Assembly: GCA_050084985.1 (NCBI GenBank)
Contig: JBITNC010000001.1
Coordinates: 62,434,001-62,498,000 of the forward strand
Direction: 5' to 3'
DNA from: Nageia nagi
Taxonomy: Eukaryota > Plantae > Pinophyta
DNA: 64,000 nucleotides
In this document: positions 14,151 to 25,859 of the stretch, in pieces
How positions within the stretch are numbered: position 1 is the first letter of the stretch
Layout of the letters: each line of letters opens with the position of its first letter
Notes under the pieces: model-generated
Databases searched by the model: none
What the model was told of the DNA's origin: nothing
The model's input: only the letters and a program-made list of their open reading frames with translations
Position numbers and translations under genes: made by a program

Positions 14151-15522
14151 CCATTTAGGCACCACATCAACAAGGATGAGTCAACAAACATGTCAGTAAT
14201 GTGCAATTAAAAGTGACTCGCACTAAAAAATAAGGAGGTGTGTTTATTTCAAAAGGGTACAGGAACCACAAAGGAGCCATACACCCCACACTAAGGAGAA
14301 AGGAACCATTAGGAAAGTCTTCCATATGGAGGGGGACTGACCTGCCATGTGGTGAACTCTCCACTCTCCCCCACTTTGAAAGGGTGGTCATGTAATTTTA
14401 AAACCAAAAAGGGGCACATGCATAGGAGACCACCTATTAATCAATATGGGAAGGCTCTCCATATGGTGATCTTTCCCCCATAACAGATGAATGACTACAC
14501 CATACCAATCGATGTAGCTCCTTCCACCTTCACACGTTCACATGATCCCATCCTCATAGTCTCTGACAATACCAAGACTTTCAACATGGCCCTTTAATTA
14601 GTCACATGTAATTCCACAATTTGTGCACTACCATGCAGTCCCTTTTATTTAGCCGCCCACTTATTTGACCTTTTTAAATGCATTTTGATAGGTTTTGGAA
14701 GGTGCCACAGGATTCAAGGGAGAGGTACCTATTTAAAATAATTTTTTTAGACTTTTCAAAATACCACATATCCAAAGATCATTGCATCTACCCATAGAAA
14801 ACTTAGAAGGTGTAGAGGACTATTTTTTCTTTTAGCCTATTAAAAGAGTCCCTATATTTTCTAGAGAGTTGTAAAGGGGTCCTATTGTCTCATATGATTA
14901 GCTCATGCTTTCTAAAACCAAACCAAACATGGATACTTTTATAATGAAGGTATTTAACCATTTTATTATGGTATTTTGGATATAAAAGGAGGCATATGAG
15001 AGCATAGAGGCATGTGGAAAAATAATTGAGCAAATTGCTTAGAATTATTTTTAGGAAGAGATTTGTAGAGAGGAAATAATTGTGAGATAGAGAGACTATG
15101 TTGCATTGTTAATAGAGTATTATAGGAGCATTGTACATGTTCAAGGCATGATCTTGGAAACATTGTGAAGCCCATGCTGAAGGCATTTGTATTACACCTT
15201 CAAATTAAGAAAGCTTTTGGTTGATGTTGGGGTTTTTTTCCTAAAGGAAGGGTTTCCTCAGGGTACATTGGTGTCATTTTATGGGTGATGTTCTCTCTCT
15301 TTCTTATATTTCATTTTCTTCCAAAGTATCATAATATCTTCATTATTTTCTAGTTAGAAGTTAAGTTTGGAGTGGTTATAAAGTAAGGGAAATATTAAAA
15401 TTAGTTTTAAAGATTTTATGGATCACATTTGGTACCAGAGGTCATGTTTATGATCATATAGGGAATATGATTTTTTTTAGCTAATCTTGCATGTTAGAGT
15501 TTCTTATGCCAAATATTATTTC

Positions 15523-18500
15523 ATGATTACTAGATCAAGGAGCAAGAAGGGAGAAGATAAATTAGTGAAGCCTAATCTAGAGCTTGGATCAAGGATTTGG
15601 GCTACAACACAAAGAACGTCATCCATGGAGTTTGAAGAAGAGACAACTCCACCTCCTCAATTTGAAGAAAGAAATGTTGCATAAGAGATCAAGGAATGTA
15701 AAGAGATGTTCCAACAAATAATGATTCAAATGGGATCACTTCAACTTCAAGACATGAAGAAAGGTGGAGAAGGATCAAGTAAGGATCTTCAAGGTACCAA
15801 AGGTGATGATATTAAATCTAAGAATGGTAATGCTAGTACATACTTTCTCAAGAATTCATCACTTAAGGTTAAAGGTAAATTTTGATTTAACTCTATTTAA
15901 TGGAGAAATCAATGCTGAAAAACTTGATTATTGATTTAAGAAAATTGAATTCTATTCTAGAGTTCAACATAGAGAAATGATTCGATTGGCTACTTTCAAG
16001 TTAAGTTTGAATGCTTTTGTTTGGTGGGAGAACCATTTAGAATCTAATTTATATGAACTTGAAAACACATGGAAGGAGTTTGTAGAATTGCTAAGGGACC
16101 AATTCTATCCACTTATGTATAGAGAAAACATAATCATGGAATTGCCAAATATCATACAAAACAAGGGACAAAGTGTTCAAGAGTACATTACAAAAATTTA
16201 TAAGAAGCCCAACATGCTAAGTATATCTTTGGATAGTCAAGATACTCTCTTTAAGTACAATGGTGGTTTACATAGAAATTTGAGGCATACACTTTTGATG
16301 TTTAATCCCACAAATTTGGATCAAGTGTATGTGCAAGCAACTTATTTAGAAGGTAGAGGTAAAAATGTACAAGATGATAGAGAGAGTAAGAATTTCATTC
16401 CTAAGCATCAATTTGATACAGGAAAGGGAAAAATAAATCTCTCAAAAAGACTACTTCTACATTATGTAAAGAAGATGAATATAATCATTTTCCACATTGT
16501 CAAAAAGTAGGAAATCTTGAGACAAATTGTTGGAAGTTTCATCTTGAACTTCGTTGTAAAATGTATTCAAAAAATTAAAAAACTACAAATACTATGAAAG
16601 TAGATGTAGAGGATAAATCAGGTAATGATGAAAGTCTTTCTTGTATGGCTTTGCAAGGGGATTATAAATCACATGAGGAAATGAAAAGGATAGAACTTTT
16701 TCATGTTAAGGTACAAGTTAAAAGAACATGTATTGATGCTTTGTTTGATCTAGGATCTCAAGCTAACTTAATTGTAGAAGAATATGTAAAGAGTCTTGAG
16801 TTGCATACACAGCCACATCCACATCCATATCCTTACCCATTGGGTTGGGTACATGGTGATGCTAAACTACAAGTAATAAGATAATGCAAAATAGGGTTTT
16901 CTATTGACATCAATTTTAGTTATAAAGTTATCTTGGATGTTGTTCCTTTGGATATATGTGGGATTATCTTGGGAAGTCCCTATTTGTATGATAGAGATGC
17001 ATATTTCTATAGGATACAAAACAAGTATAGACTCCTTAAGGATGGCATAACTTACATGATTAAAAGTCATCAAAGTAAAAAGAATGTATCTCTCATTACT
17101 ACACAATAAGTGAAAAGACTAATCAATGTAGGTCAAAGATTTGTTCTTGAGGTGGTAAGACTTCAAGATAAGAAGGTTGACATCATCCATGTTCTTGAGG
17201 GTTGTGAGCCTTAACATGAAGATGAGGTAAAGAAAATCATAACAAAATTTGATGATCTTTTTTAGTTGCAACAAGATGCTACACTTCCAAATATTAGCTT
17301 GTATTGCCAATTGATTATAGAGAGTGAAGAAATAAAGAAGGAAGTTGAAGACTTGCTAAATTAAAAAGTCATTCGCCCAAACACTTCACCATGTGGATCA
17401 TCTATTGTCTTGGCACCAAAGATGGTTCATAATGCATGTGTGTTGATTATAGAGCTCTTAATTAGATAATGGAAAAAAATTGATATTCCTTTCCTCATAT
17501 TGATGATCTCATAGACCAACTTCAATATGCTATGTTCTTTACAAAGTTAGATATTAGAAGTGATTATCATCAATTTCGTATTAATGAAGAGGATATTTGA
17601 AAAATTGCATTCAAAACTAAATAAGGGTTATTTGAATGGTTAGTTTTCCTATTTGGGCTATGCAATGCACCAACTAGATTTATGAGAGTTATGAATGAGG
17701 TATTGAAACCTTTCATTGATTAATTTGTTGTTGTGTATCTAGATGATATTCTTGTCTACAATCAAACATAGAATGATCATATGATTCACATAAGACAAGT
17801 ATTTGAAGTACTAAGGAAAGCAAAACTCTTGTTGAAAATGTGTAAGTGTGAATTTTCTAGGAAAAAATTAGTCTATCTTAGGCACATAGTTGGAGGTGAC
17901 CAACTAAAGATAGATCCTACAAAAGTGGAGGCCATCATGCCCACTAATGTCATAGAGACTAGAAGTTTCCTTCAAGTAGTTCACTATCTTAGAAAGTTTA
18001 TTACTAACTTTTCATTTATTGCCTCACCACTTCATGCTATTATAGGAAGTCATGGATTTCAATGGGGAGGAAAGAAAAAAATGCTTTCAATTAGTTGGAA
18101 AGGAAGATCAGCAATGCTCCAGTTATTTCCTTGCCTAATCATTAACAATCTTTTGAGATTGATATCGATGCTAGTGACTATGTCATGGGAGTTGTATTAT
18201 TATAGAATAAATGTATAATATGTTACCATTTAGAGATGTTCAGTGGTGGGGTAAGAAACTACCCTACTTATGATAAAGAGTTATATGCATTGGTACAAAG
18301 TGTTAAAAAATGGAAACATTATTTGGTGGGGAAAAAAACTATTATTCATACTGATCATTAGCCTTTACAGTATTTGCAATCATAATCTAAGTTGCAGCAA
18401 ACTAGGCACTTCCATTGGATGGGATTCTTACAACAATTCCATTTAGTGATCAAGTATAAGAAAGGTACCCACAACAAGTTAGCGGATGTGCTATCCCAAC

Positions 18501-20018
18501 CTCTAGTTTCCATAGTTGGAATAATTCTTCAAAATAGTTCTTTGGTTCATGAAGGTTACAGAGAACAATATGTTGAAGATCCTAATTTCAAGGAAGTCTA
18601 TCAAAGAATATTTCAAGGTGGTGATGATGGTAATATTGACTATCATGTGCATGATGAATTTCTTTTTCACTTGGTTAAATTTTGTATTTCTAGCAGTGAG
18701 AGAAATCATCTCATACAAGAAACCCACACTTCTCGCACTACGGGATATTTTGGTGTTGGTAAAACTATTGCTAACTTACAATATATGTAAAGGCATGTAG
18801 AGACCAAGAATTCTATTGCTAACATGTATCCAAGTATATTAGAGGTTATGTACTATGCAATGTAGGCAAACCAAGTAATAGAAATCTTGGTCTCTACATG
18901 CCTTTACGTATTCCTACATGGTCATGGGAGGATATTTCTATGGATTTTGTGGGTGGTTTACCTTGTTCAAAAAGAGATTATGATTACTTATTTTTGGTAG
19001 TTGATCATTTTAGTAAAATGTGTATTTTAATGCCATGTAAAAAGTTGATCATAGAAAAAGATGCAGCCAATTGTTTCTTTGATAATGTATGGGTTCATTT
19101 TGGTCTTCTTAGTTCTATTATTTCATATAGGGATTCCAGGTTTCTTGAAAAGTTTTGGACATCTTTGTGAGAGAAGATGGACACCAACTTGAAAAGAAGT
19201 ATTACATTTCATCCATAAACAGATGGACAAACCAAGGTGGTAAATAGATTTGTGGTACATCTTTTGAGAGGGTATTGTGGAAAGCATCCTAAGACATAGA
19301 ATGAACATTGGGCTACATTCAACATGCATACAATTGGGCTCTTCATTCATCCATCAATAAGACATCTTTTGAGACATGTTTTGGCTACTTGCCAAAATCT
19401 CCTTTTGACATGGCCTTTTCTTCTTCAAGTGATGGAGATTCCAATCTTCATAGTGAGGGGAATGTGCAAAGAAGTTCATTGAAAGGATTCAATTGGTTCA
19501 TTAGAAGGTGTAAGAACAATTTGGAAAAGAGTCAAGCAAAGTACAAGAAAAAGCATGATCATCATCGTGTGGATCATAAATTTCATGTTAGAGATCAAGT
19601 ATGGCTTTACCTTAGTAAGGAAAGATTTCATGGTATAGGAAATAAATTGAAACCATTAAGGTATGGTCCATTCACAATTATTGCTAAAGTCAATGAGAAT
19701 GCTTTTTGTTTGAATCTAACACCATACATGCAAATATATTCAATTATGAATGTAGAAAACTTGAAATTGTATGAACCAGCACTAATCATAGATGAAGATG
19801 AGGAAAGTGTTGTTTTACCTTCAATTGATGATTTAGCTCCTAAGCATACGGACGAGTTACCTAAGGATATGGCCTTGGAAAAGAAGAATAGATCATATCG
19901 CAATTGGCACAAATGAGGTTTGGTGTATTGGCTTGAAGGGCCAACATCCCGTAAAGGCCAAATGGTTCAAGGTTGATCCGGTAAGGGAATTATACCCTCA
20001 TCTCATTTTTTCATTTTA
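15523..20018 (+). pseudogene. gag-pol with a C-terminal chromodomain-like segment
   Basis: gag AFVWWE (ORF 15977), protease LFHVKVQVKRTCIDALFDLGSQANLI, RT YLDD at ~17736, IN WEDISMDFVGGLP and KLKPLRYGPF, C-terminal VWCIGLKGQHPVKAKW...RELYPHL. Confidence 0.9.
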
Positions 20019-20058
20019 AATGCTTTTGGGGACCAAATGCTTTCTCAGTGGGGAGGTA

Positions 20059-22056
20059 TGATCTAAAATTTAGATCAGTGTAAAATGTTTTGTAATATAT
20101 CTCATCTTGTAGAGCTCCTCTTTAGCTTTTCGATGTTTCAAACTGATCAAAAATCGATTCCATATGAAAAAGATATGAAAATTCAATTTTTTTTGTTTTA
20201 ATTAAAAAAATAAGAAGACAAAATTAAATGTGGATCCCACCGCTACACCATGTAGTGCCACATCAGCAAGGATTAATCAGCAAACGTATTAGCATTAGGG
20301 ACCCGCACTAATGCACGAATCCCACCGTCTGTGCACTGCCACACGATCCCATATTATTTGTCCGCCCACTTTTTAAATGCACTTTGAAAGGTTTTGGAAG
20401 GTGCCACGCAGGCCTGGAATTTAAAAAAAAACTTCGCCTGTCAATTAATATTTTTTTACGTCTTTTATTTTAAAATGGCTGTCAAGTTACGTTTTCTTTG
20501 ATTTAATAATCTTACAATACATTATTATATTATATTTAAATGTAAAAATGTAATCGACTGTAAACTCAAATTACATGTATTTTAAAACTCTTAATGAATT
20601 GAATTACTATTATCATTATTCTTCTATTATTTGTTTCAAAAAATTGAAAGCATCATAATATTCTACTAAATCAATAGGGTATCAAAACTTCAAAATGCAA
20701 TATATTTAAAATAAAATTTAAAATAACCTTAAATATGAATGAAATCACACAATTTATGGTAAACATACCAAAAAAACTTTAAAATTTATGAAGAAAAAAT
20801 TACTATATAATTGTGTACTACATATCTTTCAGAAATGTATAAAACTTTGAAGAAATTAGAAATACCAAATACCTTCATAATTGTGCTTTGAAGAGATATT
20901 TAAATGTTTGAAAACTAAATACAGCTGCTGCTTCACGACAGCAACTACAAATCCGAGCAAATTCTACCTTTGTTAAATGTGTTTACAAATACTCAAGTTT
21001 CCCTAAATTTAATTGCCATTTCTATTTGCTCCATTACGTTTGACCCTTTACACTTTAGCATGCAGTATCACGGATGCCAACTACTTAACACGTTTTTAAC
21101 AAATGTTTAAGACACTCAAATTTTGAAATTGAACCGTGAATCTCCGCGGTAAACTGATAGATAAAAATTTATGAACGAGACTAAAGATTGAAATGTTATA
21201 TATATATATATTTTTACGTTAATTTTACGATTTTGATTTTTTAACAAATATCAATTTTGATGGTTATATTTTAACAAAGATCATAAAAAATGTTTGAATA
21301 TCGAAAAAATGTCTAAATGCCCATATAATTCCAGGGTTGGTGCCATGAGATTCAAGGGAGAGTCGCCTATTCAAAATAATTTTTTTAGACTTTTCAAAGT
21401 GCCACATGTCTAAAGATCATTGGATCCTTCCATAGTAAACTTAGAAAGTGCAGCGTTTTAAAAGAGCTCCTATATTTTCCAGAGAATAGTAAAGGGGTCT
21501 TATTATCTTATATCATTAGCTCATACTTTTTAAAATGAAATTAAATATGGAGACTTTCATAATGAAGTTAGTTAGCCATTTTATTATTTTAATATAGTAT
21601 TTTGGCTATAAAAGGAGGGGTATGAGAGCATAGAGGCATATGGAAAAATAATTGAGCAAATTGCTTAGAATTGTTTTTAGGAAGAGATTTGTAGAGAGGA
21701 AGAATTGTGAGATAGAGAGACTATGTTGCATTGTTAATAAAGTATTGTAGGAGCATTGCAGGTGTTCAAGTTATGCTCTTAGCAATATTGTGAAGCTTAT
21801 GTTGGAGGCATTTGTATTACACATTCAAATTAAGGAAGCTTTTGGTTGATGTTGGGGTTTTATTCTTGAATGAAGGGTTTCCCTAGAGTACATTGATGTC
21901 TCATTTTGTAGGTGTTGATCTCTCTCTTTCTTATATTTTATTATTTTGCAAAGTATCCTAATTTCTTCATTATGTTTCATGCACTTATAAGTTATGTGTG
22001 GAGTGGTTTTAAACTAAGGGAAATATTAAAATAATTTTCAAAGAGTTTATGGATCA
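20059..22056 (+). repeat. 3' LTR of the CRM-like element, containing a DNA-transposon insertion
   Basis: 20245-20408 and 21340-22056 align to 14148-15425. Confidence 0.85.
20409..21339. mobile_element. Non-autonomous hAT-type DNA transposon (931 bp)
   Basis: TIRs CAGGCCTGGAATT and AATTCCAGGGTTG (11/13). 8-bp TSD GTGCCACG (20401-20408) / GTGCCATG (21340-21347). The empty site is present in the 5' LTR at ~14700. Subterminal TTACG motifs. Confidence 0.85.
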
Positions 22057-22615
22057 ATGACTAGATGTGCAGAATTAGAATGTGGCAAAAAAAAAGCAGA
22101 TCTAGCAAAGGGGGCTACAATGGTTGAGCTAGAGCTCAACATCAAGGTTTTGGATACCACATAAAAGAAAAATAGGATTTCTTAATTGGCTTACATATAT
22201 ACTGTAAGCTCCAATAATGATGAACCTTCCCTAGAATTAGAAACTAGAATTGTAGAAAGATCTAAGGAACTTGATAGAACAACTACAATGATAGAATAAG
22301 GGGCTCATGATATGAAAAGGAAAATGGAAGAAATAATTATGAATGATGGTTGGAAACAAGTGAATCCTAGATACAAATGAAAGAGCATGCCTTTGGAAAG
22401 TCAGTCAAATTCTAAAGATACTCAAAACCCTCAAAGGAATTGCATGATAACGTGAAGTGCTTCAAGAAAGATGGATATTAGTCAAACACATGTTGGATAT
22501 CCAAATGAAGGTGAACTCAAAGAAAAGGAAACTACAAGGAAAATTATAAATGACAAACAATCAACACTTATTGGTTTTGGGAGAGGATTTCTCCTCAAAC
22601 CTAGAAAGAAATAGG
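22057..22615 (+). pseudogene. Possible L1 LINE ORF1 C-terminal remnant (target of the CRM insertion)
   Basis: Fragments DGWKQVNPR and KEKETTRKIINDKQSTLIGFG resemble plant L1 ORF1 tails; weak. Confidence 0.3.
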
Positions 22616-23099
22616 AATTTGGTTAAGGTTTTGATCTACAGACTATGGTCTCTATAGTAGCTTCACTCTAGGAAGATTTTTATTAGACTTAAATTTATCT
22701 AAAACTAATATCCAATGTTTTCTTTAATATTCAAGTTATTTTTAAGAAAAGCATCCTAAAATTGTATAAAATAAATAGTGGTAGGATATTTCCAACACTA
22801 TTTCAAAATTGTAATAACATATGGGTACCTTTATATAAAAAAAAACCTTTCAATTTACCCTTATGAAAGTTAATATTCCAAAAAATGAATTGATAAAGTA
22901 AATAAAAATAATAATTTAATCTTCCAAAAATTTGAATGCTCATCAACTCTCTAACTTCTCTATCATCAACTATAAACTTTTCTTGTTGAAAAACATAGAA
23001 TGGTTATAGTCTTGGGAAATAACATTAGGCATCATCAACATAAAATTTATGAAAGTTATAATCTTGGGAAAAAAATATAGGCCATCATTTTTAGGTGAT

Positions 23100-23960
23100 A
23101 AGTAATGGAAGGTAAGAGACCCATTTGAGATTACTCATTCTGATTTATGTGGGCCAATGCAAATGGTTTCTATAGGTAATTCCAAGTATTTTTAATATTC
23201 ATTTATGACTTCAACCATAAAACTTGGACTTATTTCTTGAAACAAAAATATTAACTTTTGACACCTTTCATCAGTCCAAAGCATTGAAGGATAAACAAAG
23301 CAAGTATCATATGAAGGCCTTGAGAATATATAAAGGAGGTGAGTTTATCTCCAATGTATTTTTAAATATCTACAAGATAATGGAATTAGGAGCTAATTTA
23401 CTACAAGATAAACATTACAAGAAAATGATGTTGTTGAAAAAAATTAAATAATAATAAAGATATCAAGAAATATGTTGGACAAAGACTTCGTATAACAATT
23501 ATGGGATGAAGTGGTAGCTTGTTTTGTGTATTTGTTGAATTGTTAATTAGAGTAAGAGGATGTAAATTATGACACATATGATCTTTTGGGTATGTTGTGC
23601 ATATGCACGTGCTAGGGAAAAAAAACAAAAGAAAATAGATGATAAAGAGGAACAATATATTTTTATGAGTTAGTGAGTGATTCAAGCAAACAAGCTTTAT
23701 AATCCGCTTAAATAGTGTTTGATGTGAAAGATGAATGGATTTGAAATCAGAAATCAAAACACCAACAACTTGACTAAATTGACAAGAAAATTTGAAATAA
23801 AAATGGCTCAATTTAATCTTCAATAGCAGACAACAACTCTCGTAATACAAATAACTCTATTCCATCTACTTCTTCAAATGCAAGAAAAGTAATTTCAATG
23901 TTGTAAAAGATAAAAATATAGAAGATTTTTATGAGGTAATACAAAATAATATTGATTTGA
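23100..23960 (+). pseudogene. Ty1/Copia integrase remnant
   Basis: PFEITHSDLCGPMQMVSIGNSKYF and KALRIYKGGEFISN, matching the HSDLCGP and LRTDRGGEF motifs. Confidence 0.8.
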
Positions 23961-24332
23961 TTTACAAATACTAAAATTTCTTGTTATGAGAATGAAATTA
24001 AAATGAAAATTTAGATAATAATTATTGAAATATTTTAAGTTGACTATAAACTTAACAAGAGTTCTAAATATAGTACGGTATTGAAAAAAAGAACGTTAGG
24101 TGAATATGGCGAACATCACTCTCCATGGATGTGACCAAATGCATAAACAACCACCACCAAGCACTCTATTTCCAAAGAACGTTAGGTGAAGATGGCGAAC
24201 ATCACTCTCCATGGGTGTGACCAAATGCATAAACAACCACCACCAAGCACTCCTTTATTTCCAATATGGTCGAAGTCCGCCCTCATTTGGTTTCAGATTT
24301 TGTCATATGCACCACTGTATTCTATGTATGTA

Positions 24333-24456
24333 ACATCTTTCCTGCTCCCATGCAGGCTCAATAAAGATAGCAGATGTCGTAACCAACTTTCTTTCTTGAA
24401 ATGTCTTATTAATGTCTTATTCGAAAAAGCTACATAGAGGAGTAGAGGACAGATGT
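24333..24456 (+). ncRNA. Candidate miRNA-like/structured RNA hairpin, copy 1
   Basis: ACATCTTTCCTGCTCCCATGCAGGCT pairs imperfectly with AGCTACATAGAGGAGTAGAGGACAGATGT; inner stem AATAAAGATA/TGTCTTATT. Strand uncertain. Confidence 0.35.
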
Positions 24457-24628
24457 CTGTGAATTTCTTCTTCGCATAAACAACCACAAGCAACCACTCC
24501 TTTATTTCCAATATGGTCGAAGTCTGCCCTCATTTGATTTCAGATTCTGAGTAAACACGTTGAGAATTGATATTAGAGTTTTGTCATATGCACCACTGTA
24601 TTCGATCTATGTAACTTTTCCGAATGAA

Positions 24629-24752
24629 ACATCTTTCCTGCTCCCATGCAGGCTCAATAAAGATAGCAGAAGTCGTAAGCAACTTTCTTTCTTGAAATGT
24701 CTTATTAATGTCTTATTCGAAAAAGCTACATAGAGGAGTAGAGGACAGATGT
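24629..24752 (+). ncRNA. Candidate miRNA-like/structured RNA hairpin, copy 2
   Basis: Same 124-nt fold-back with arms identical to copy 1. Confidence 0.35.
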
Positions 24753-24909
24753 CTGTGAATTTCTTCTTCGCATAAACAACCACAACCAACCACTCCTTTA
24801 TTTCCAAAATGGTTGAAGTCTGCCCTCATTTGATTTCAGATTCTGAGTAAATACGTTGAGAATTGATATTAGAGTTTTTTCATATGCACCACTGTATTCG
24901 ATGTATATA

Positions 24910-25033
24910 ACATCTTTCCTGCTCCCATGCAGGCTCAATAAAGATAGCAGACGTCGTAATCAACTTTTTTTCTTGAAACCTCTTATTACTGTCTTATTCG
25001 AAAAAGCTCCATAGAGGAGTAGAGGACAGATGT
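24910..25033 (+). ncRNA. Candidate miRNA-like/structured RNA hairpin, copy 3
   Basis: Same 124-nt fold-back; changes lie in the loop/inner stem or at an already unpaired position. Confidence 0.35.
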
Positions 25034-25859
25034 CTGTGAATTTCTTCTTCTTCTGGCAATAGGACATGTAACTTTAGTTTTTGTTGGTTTGTTTGATGTC
25101 TTGGGTTGCACCTTTTTCTCTCATCGTGCCCTTTTTAGCCTTTGAATGTACATAGAACGTTTCTACATAATGTTTAAATGCCTAATAGCCTAATAATCAT
25201 CCTAATGTGACCTCAAAGAGGTCAGCTTACGATATTTCCATTGTATATAAGTTTTTTTGTACTTGCAACCACTTAAATAAGATATAACAAGAATATTTGA
25301 TGCAAGTTTAACTAATATCTCGAGAAGGTTGGACCTTTATGGGTTGGTTAATATTACTAAGAGAGCAATCTAAATAAATCATATATAATGAATTTTGATT
25401 AATTTATCAAAAAGTTGGTGAATTTTGGAAAATTAAGGTGAAAATAGAGTAAAACATAGTAGAAGCTAATAAACATTAAAGAAACAAATGAACTACTAAA
25501 AAAATCACTAATAATGAACCACCACTATTTTCATGAATCCTCCCCTTTCCTACAAAAAATATACAAAGATCGAAAGGAGCTTCAAGATAGAGATATATAC
25601 ATGTATGGGTAAAAAAATAGACATACATATACAAGTATTTATGAAGTATTATATACATAATCACCAAATTTATTAGATGTTGATACATTATAATTGAACT
25701 TTATATTAATTTAATATATCCTTGTTTTAAATTATTGTATTCTATGTACCTTTCTATTTAAACATTTATTTATCTTTTCCTTAATTTCCTTAACTCTTGT
25801 GCCTACCAATCAGTATTCGTTAGTTCACCATACTAATCAATAGCTCCGTTACTAGGATC

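Larger units (their letters stand above)
14151..22056 (+). mobile_element. Ty3/Gypsy chromovirus, CRM-like, degenerate
   Basis: LTRs 14151-15425 (interrupted) and 20059-22056 with TGAT...ATCA ends. PBS-Met TGGTACCAGAG at 15430-15440. PPT GGGGAGG at ~20050-20056. gag-PR-RT-RH-IN order. Confidence 0.9.
24088..25050. repeat. Young compound tandem array: 2 x 86 bp overlapping 3 x 247/296/281 bp
   Basis: 86-bp units start at 24088 and 24174. Long units start GCATAAACAACC at 24227, 24474 and 24770 and are near-identical. Confidence 0.95.

Noticed and set aside
13868-14169. TGATG...CATCA as the termini of a 302-bp LTR
   Set aside because: The CACATCA at 14169 aligns to the CRM 3' LTR (~20260), so the boundary is better placed at 14150.
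24177-24220. RTLGEDGEHHSPWV* resembling a CEP peptide (GHSPG), or minus-strand AIFT resembling a TIR motif
   Set aside because: The matches are too short, with no signal peptide or flanking homology.
24336-24355. TCTTTCCTGCTCCCATGC resembles miR482/2118, and its complement an NB-ARC P-loop codon string
   Set aside because: It lacks 3 nt of the miR482 core, sits on the 5' arm rather than the usual 3' arm, and the flanks do not translate as NB-ARC.
24293-24807. Duplicated minus-strand ORFs MEIKEWL...(72 and 66 aa) and the plus ORF at 24186
   Set aside because: They start at non-ATG codons, have no recognisable domain, and copy 3 has an early stop; they are probably by-products of the repeat.
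24227-25050. ~300-bp tandem units as a retrozyme/hammerhead or C/D snoRNA cluster
   Set aside because: I found no CUGANGA...GAAA core in the right geometry and no RUGAUGA box C on either strand.
24088-25050. CRISPR-like array
   Set aside because: Whole units are repeated with no unique spacers, in a eukaryotic context with no cas genes.
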